From assembly GCA_963823665.1 (NCBI GenBank), contig CAWGMQ010000006.1, positions 640,001-704,000 on the forward strand: a DNA stretch of 64,000 bases, written 5' to 3'. Below, in pieces: positions 59,322 through 64,000 of the stretch; within the stretch, counting starts at the first letter, position 1, and the number at the start of each line of letters is the position of its first letter. The notes beneath the pieces are model-generated. The model saw only the letters and a list, made by a program, of their open reading frames with translations. It had not been told where the DNA came from and did not search any database. Source of the stretch: an uncultured Planctomycetota bacterium. Lineage in GTDB: Bacteria; Planctomycetota; Planctomycetia; Isosphaerales; Isosphaeraceae. The translations under genes were made by a program, and so were the position numbers.

Positions 59322-60422
59322 TTGGAATCGATACGAGTACGTTTTCACGGTTCCGCGTCGTTTCAAGGCACGCTCAGACGGCGCGTTGAGCAATACTTCG
59401 AAGGCTTGAACATCACCGGTCGCGATGCTCCGCGGATGTACGCGAAGTCGGCGCTGATTCTGGGGACGGCCCTGGGATCTTACGGGCTGCTGATGTTTGC
59501 AGCGATTACCTGGTGGCAGGGTGTGATCCTGGCCATCGCACTAGCCTTCGGCATGGCCGGAATCGGGTTCAGCGTGCAGCACGACGCCAACCACGGCGGC
59601 TACTCGCGGAATCGGTGGATCAATCGCCTGATGGGACTGTCGCTGGACATGATCGGAGCCAGCTCATTCATCTGGTACTGGAAGCACAACATCTGCCACC
59701 ACACCTACACGAACGTTTCGGGCGTCGACGTCGACATCGAGATGGAGCCATTGCTACGGCTCGCCCCGAACCAGCGGTGGCGCTGGTATCACCAGTTTCA
59801 ACATTTCTACATCTGGATTCTCTATGCCCTGATGCCGGCGAACTGGCACTTCTGGGCTGACTATCGCGACCTTGCGCGAGGCAACATCAGTGGCCAGCGC
59901 TTCCCGAGGCCGACGACCCGGGTCCTGGCCGGTACGCTCGCCGGGAAGGCGTTATTTTACGGTTGGTCGCTGGTCCTGCCGCTCTGCTTGCACCCGACCT
60001 GGGCCGTTCTGGGATTCTACATGATTGTCACGTCCGTGCTGGGAATCGTGATGACCACGACATTTCAGCTTGCGCATTGCGTTGACGAGGCCGAAGTGGT
60101 GATCATCGAGGAGGGGATCGATACGCTCGCTGTCGGTTGGGCCGAGCACCAGGTTCGGTCGACTGCGAACTTCGCGCCGAGCAATGGGTTGCTGACTTGG
60201 TATCTCGGGGGCTTGAACTACCAGATCGAGCACCACCTCTTCCCGAAGGTATGCCACGTGCATTACCCGGCGCTTTCACCGATTGTAGCCGCGACGTGCG
60301 AGGAATTCGGCATTCCCTACCAGTCGCATCGGAGCCTGCTCGCGGCGGTGGCATCGCATTTCCGGTGGGTGCGGAGCCTGGGGGCCGGGTCGGTGATCGG
60401 TGGTCAAGATGTTCCGTGCTGA
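59322..60422 (+). CDS. Membrane fatty acyl desaturase
   Basis: His boxes HDANH, HNICHH, QIEHHLFP. TTG start after GAGGAG chosen; ATG 59223 is an alternative. Confidence 0.92.
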   Translation: MESIRVRFHGSASFQGTLRRRVEQYFEGLNITGRDAPRMYAKSALILGTALGSYGLLMFAAITWWQGVILAIALAFGMAGIGFSVQHDANHGGYSRNRWINRLMGLSLDMIGASSFIWYWKHNICHHTYTNVSGVDVDIEMEPLLRLAPNQRWRWYHQFQHFYIWILYALMPANWHFWADYRDLARGNISGQRFPRPTTRVLAGTLAGKALFYGWSLVLPLCLHPTWAVLGFYMIVTSVLGIVMTTTFQLAHCVDEAEVVIIEEGIDTLAVGWAEHQVRSTANFAPSNGLLTWYLGGLNYQIEHHLFPKVCHVHYPALSPIVAATCEEFGIPYQSHRSLLAAVASHFRWVRSLGAGSVIGGQDVPC

Positions 60423-60454
60423 CGGATTTTGACCTCAACTGTGGAACAACCTCG

Positions 60455-61840
60455 ATGAGCCTTCCGGACAAGATCGGACGCAGCCTGTTTGTTGCTCTGG
60501 CGGTCGGGCTGGGCTGGGGAATTCGAGGGGATTTCGGCCACCTGGTCGGCGCGATGTATCCGGGGGCGGCGCTGGCACTTGGGCTGGCTTATGTGAGCGG
60601 GCAGCGGTCGCTGTTTCTGTGGATGCCGATCATCGCTGCACTCTCGGCCATGGGGATCGGCTCGGGCGGGACGATGAGCTATGCGCTCCTGCATGGGTAT
60701 GCGCAGTCGGACACGCTCATCAATTATGCTTATGGGTTCGTGACGCTATTCCTGCAAGGCTCGGCCTGGGGGACGTTTGGCGGCGCACTGATTGGACTCG
60801 TGCTCGAGCGCAAACCGATGCGCAACGGCGAGTGGCTAGGACTGATCGGCAGCACGCTTTTTGCCGGCTGGGCCGCTTCGTTTCTGGTCGTGAACGTGAT
60901 CGGGTTTCAGATTAACCCGCCCCGGAATAGCGGGTCGATCGCTTACATGGGTGCTGCGCTCGGGCAGCTCGTCTGGCTGGCGTGCAACAACAAGCCGAGC
61001 GGGTTGCGCGGAGCGGTGCTCGGGTATGTCGGGTTCGGGCTGGGGATGGCCGGAGGGCGGCTGCTCGGGAATGTTGCCAACGTCTTGCAATATCAGTACG
61101 ACTTCACGATCAACCACTGGAACGTGATGGAGACGTCGTGTGGGTTCATCGGCGGGTTCATTTACTGCTTTGGAATGGTCGACCGGCCGCATCCGGATCC
61201 GCCGGAGGGCGAGAACATCCCGCTCGCTTCGTTTTATGGGATCGTTTACGTGCTGGGAATCATTCCGCTGTGGCACCGGCTGAATCGAATCGCCGACGTC
61301 GCGAAGAAGCTGGACGAATGGGTCAAGGCTTTCAAGTCGTACGGCTATCTGGATCCGCAGAAACTCGCGAACATCACGCTCCGGCTGATCGACGGCGTTT
61401 GCCTGCTGGGCTTCGTGGGTGCGGCCGCGTGGATGGTGATCCATTTCCGGCGACGGCAAAGATGGTCGATGCTGCCTGTGCTCTGGCTATCGGGGACGAT
61501 GGTGCTTTATCAGAATCTGAACGCCTTCTATTTTTTCTATCCAACGCGGCCGCGATACATCAACATGCATCATGTGTTTTGGATCATGTTTGCGCTCTTG
61601 GTGCTGTATGCGTTCTTGGCGCGGCCGCGACCGGTGAAGGCGGCGCCTGAGGATATCGTATTCGACGAGCCTCGGTTTGCGTGGGAGCGATGGATGGCTG
61701 GCGCAGTTGCGGCGACGGCGCTGGTGATTTTCCTCGCCGGCTACGTGAACAACGATAAGACGATGAAGACGGCGAACACGCGGTGGCCGGAGTGGTCATG
61801 GTCGCAGGGGCCGTCTCCGGGGCGTGGTGCTCGGCCGTGA
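60455..61840 (+). CDS. Multi-pass Gly-rich membrane protein, function unknown
   Basis: GWGIRGDFGH..GAMYPG; more than 10 hydrophobic segments. Confidence 0.8.
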   Translation: MSLPDKIGRSLFVALAVGLGWGIRGDFGHLVGAMYPGAALALGLAYVSGQRSLFLWMPIIAALSAMGIGSGGTMSYALLHGYAQSDTLINYAYGFVTLFLQGSAWGTFGGALIGLVLERKPMRNGEWLGLIGSTLFAGWAASFLVVNVIGFQINPPRNSGSIAYMGAALGQLVWLACNNKPSGLRGAVLGYVGFGLGMAGGRLLGNVANVLQYQYDFTINHWNVMETSCGFIGGFIYCFGMVDRPHPDPPEGENIPLASFYGIVYVLGIIPLWHRLNRIADVAKKLDEWVKAFKSYGYLDPQKLANITLRLIDGVCLLGFVGAAAWMVIHFRRRQRWSMLPVLWLSGTMVLYQNLNAFYFFYPTRPRYINMHHVFWIMFALLVLYAFLARPRPVKAAPEDIVFDEPRFAWERWMAGAVAATALVIFLAGYVNNDKTMKTANTRWPEWSWSQGPSPGRGARP

Positions 61841-61962
61841 TGTGGCCGCGGAAAAGCGGAACATGACGCAGTGTGCGACCGGCGCTCTCGACGTTAACAT
61901 GGTTGTGAGCGATGATTGATCACCAGCGTCCGGTCCTTGAACTCGGTTGGGGAGGCTTCATC

Positions 61963-62921
61963 ATGAAGAATCGACGATTGGGTCTCTTATGCCTGAGCGG
62001 ATTGCTCGTCCTGAGCGCTTCAGCGGCGACCATCTGCGGCGCGAAGGCGCGGCGAAGGGCGCCGAACCGAAGGCAAAGGCCAAAGTGGTCAAGATCGGTG
62101 CGGTCGCCTACTCGCCCAGCGCGGTGACGATCTTCGAGGGGGTCTGTCGCTACTTGAGTCGCAACGGGCTGACTGCCGATTATGTGCTCTACTCGAATTA
62201 CGACTCATTGGTGGACGCCTTGCAGAAGCGGCAAATCGATATCGCGTGGAACACTCCGCTGGCGCATGCCCAGTATCACCTGAAGGCCGGCGGCAAGAGC
62301 CAGACGTTGGTCATGCGCGACGTCGATTGCAATGTTCGCGTGGTGCTGATCGCCCGTGCCGACGCCAACATCCGCTCACTCGCTGACTTGAAGGACAAGA
62401 CACTCGTACTAGGCAGCCGCCAAGCCGCTGAGGCCACCGTTCTGCCTCGCCACTTCCTGGAGAAAGAGGGACTGAGCCTGAGCCGGGTCAAGATTCACAG
62501 CCTCGATGGTAAGGTCGACTTCCGGGGCAATCCGTGTTCCAGCGAGGTTCACGTCTTGAAGGCCCTGGGCGAGGGTGCCGGACAGGCTGGTATCATCGGC
62601 GAGCGCCTTTGGAATCACGTTTCGAAGAATCAGCCCGATCAGGCCAGCGGTTTGCACCGGGTCTGGGTATCGCCGCCGTTCAGCCATTGCGTCTTCACAG
62701 CAGGTGCCGATTTCGACAAGTCGCTGGCGAGCCAGTTCACCAAGCTCATGCTCGCGATGGATTCGAACGATCCAGCGACGGCAGAGGCGATGCGGTTGGA
62801 AGGGACCAAGAAGTGGGTAGCAGGCAGTCCGGACGGGTTCCAGGAATTGCTGAAAGCCCTGGATGAAGAATCCTGCTGCGAAGCGGAAACCGCCGAAGGC
62901 AGTCCGTGTAAAGCCTCATAG
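61963..62921 (+). CDS. PhnD-like phosphate/phosphite/phosphonate ABC substrate-binding protein; frameshift near 62042
   Basis: GGAGG RBS + signal MKNRRLGLL in one frame; IGAVAY...YSNYDSLVDAL...DIAWNTPLA...PPFSHCVF in the other. Confidence 0.8.
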
Positions 62922-63172
62922 GCCGGCGCGCTCGTGTCGGGGCGTTTGCGATCCGCTCGAACAAGTGCGACGTCCAAGAGTAGTCGGTCACGATGCGGCA
63001 GTCCCGGCGGGGGATCGCTGCCCGGGGCAATTACTCGATTAGATTTCGACGCAGGTGTCGCCGTTTGTCATCGGCATGCGCGCGTTCCCAACGTCTCGAA
63101 CCATCGCATCGAGTGCCTATCCGCATCTGTGGGCGCATGATGACCGGCGGCCCAGTCTCCAAGTGATTAAAC

Positions 63173-64000
63173 TCACTCGCTGCTGTCGATTTCCGACAGC
63201 GTGCTGATTGCTGCAGCTCGCACTACGGAATAGAACTCCTCCGCTGGCATTTCCCTGGGCGTGGGAAGTCCCTCGTCCGAGGTCTCGACAGTCTGGCGTT
63301 TTGATTGCTCCACTGGCTTTGGCGTGGGCATGAAGTCTCTTGCCGCGATGAGTGCCGGGATGGCGGCGCTCGCTGGCGGGCCGATCTCGCCGAGTGCATC
63401 GGCGGCATCGCGTCGAACGGACAAAAAGGGGTCCTGCAAGGATTCGACGAGCGCCGGAACCACGGCGTCGACGTTCTGATCGATGCGCCAGAGAGCCTGT
63501 GCCGCATGGAGCCGATCGTAGCAGGTCGAAGTCTTTAGTCGCTTGATGAGGGCTGGGGCGGCCGACCTGGCCTTCGGGCCAGTATTTCCAATCGCGGCGA
63601 GCACATCCGCCAGGAGCGGCTTATCATCCAGAGCTTCGATGAGAGCGCGCACTGCGGCCTCGGCGGCTGGACCGAATTCGCGAAGCGCCGACGCCGCGAC
63701 AACGGGAGTCTTCGCGTTACTCATGTCTTTGAGAGAGAGAATCAGAGCCGGAGCGATGCGGTCGTCGATGGGGCCAAGCTCGACCAGAGTCAATGTTACA
63801 ATGTATCGAAGTTGCTCGTTCGCGTGAGCTGTGATGAGTGCCGGGACCACAAGATTTGGGTCGGCGTCTAGCTTGCCCAAGGCTCGAACCGCTCTCTCGC
63901 GGATGGAGGGGGTGTCGTCCTCCAACAAGTGGATGAGCGGCACTGCGGCATCGTCGCCGCGCTTGACGCGGTTGACCGAATGAACCGCCAAGTACACCTC
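63173..64000 (-). CDS. HEAT/PBS-lyase repeat protein (5' end outside window)
   Basis: Repeated VPALI..L.D....VR..AA.ALGEIGP.A..A units. Confidence 0.85.
   Translation of the reverse strand, partial: EVYLAVHSVNRVKRGDDAAVPLIHLLEDDTPSIRERAVRALGKLDADPNLVVPALITAHANEQLRYIVTLTLVELGPIDDRIAPALILSLKDMSNAKTPVVAASALREFGPAAEAAVRALIEALDDKPLLADVLAAIGNTGPKARSAAPALIKRLKTSTCYDRLHAAQALWRIDQNVDAVVPALVESLQDPFLSVRRDAADALGEIGPPASAAIPALIAARDFMPTPKPVEQSKRQTVETSDEGLPTPREMPAEEFYSVVRAAAISTLSEIDSSE

Overview
GC-rich window that looks planctomycetal (Isosphaeraceae-like, judged from the DUF1501 + PSD1/cytochrome c pair and several LEPR-XLL/'planctomycete extracellular' N-termini). It has four blocks. (1) 1-3.3 kb: a catabolic operon (MFS transporter, SDR, TPP enzyme). 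(2) 3.3-12.9 kb: a decayed defence-like island with MmeI-type RM remnants, a BsuBI/PstI-type methyltransferase whose endonuclease has lost its N-terminus, and an intact 1329-aa DUF4145(HEPN-like)-STAND NTPase-TM-helical-FGE/C-lectin protein whose 3' end resembles a DGR variable region. (3) 13.2-44.7 kb: a ~31.5 kb export supercluster with 3 RND permeases, 5 periplasmic adaptors and 5 TolC-like OMFs that all end in NGPPPATR. It is interleaved with three paralogues of an unannotated LEPR-XLL-leader protein and a Gly/Tyr-rich PDZ protein, and a candidate PLRC-ending leader ORF lies upstream of RND3. (4) 44.7-64 kb: ordinary planctomycete genes (DUF1501, PSD1, pRiA4b ORF3, sdhCAB, cupin, desaturase, PhnD-like, HEAT repeat) plus gene fragments. 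About ten 1-2 nt frameshifts, concentrated in the OMF paralogues, may be assembly errors. No rRNA, tRNA, CRISPR array, transposase or integrase was recognised. All family assignments are by eye from motifs; no database searches were run.
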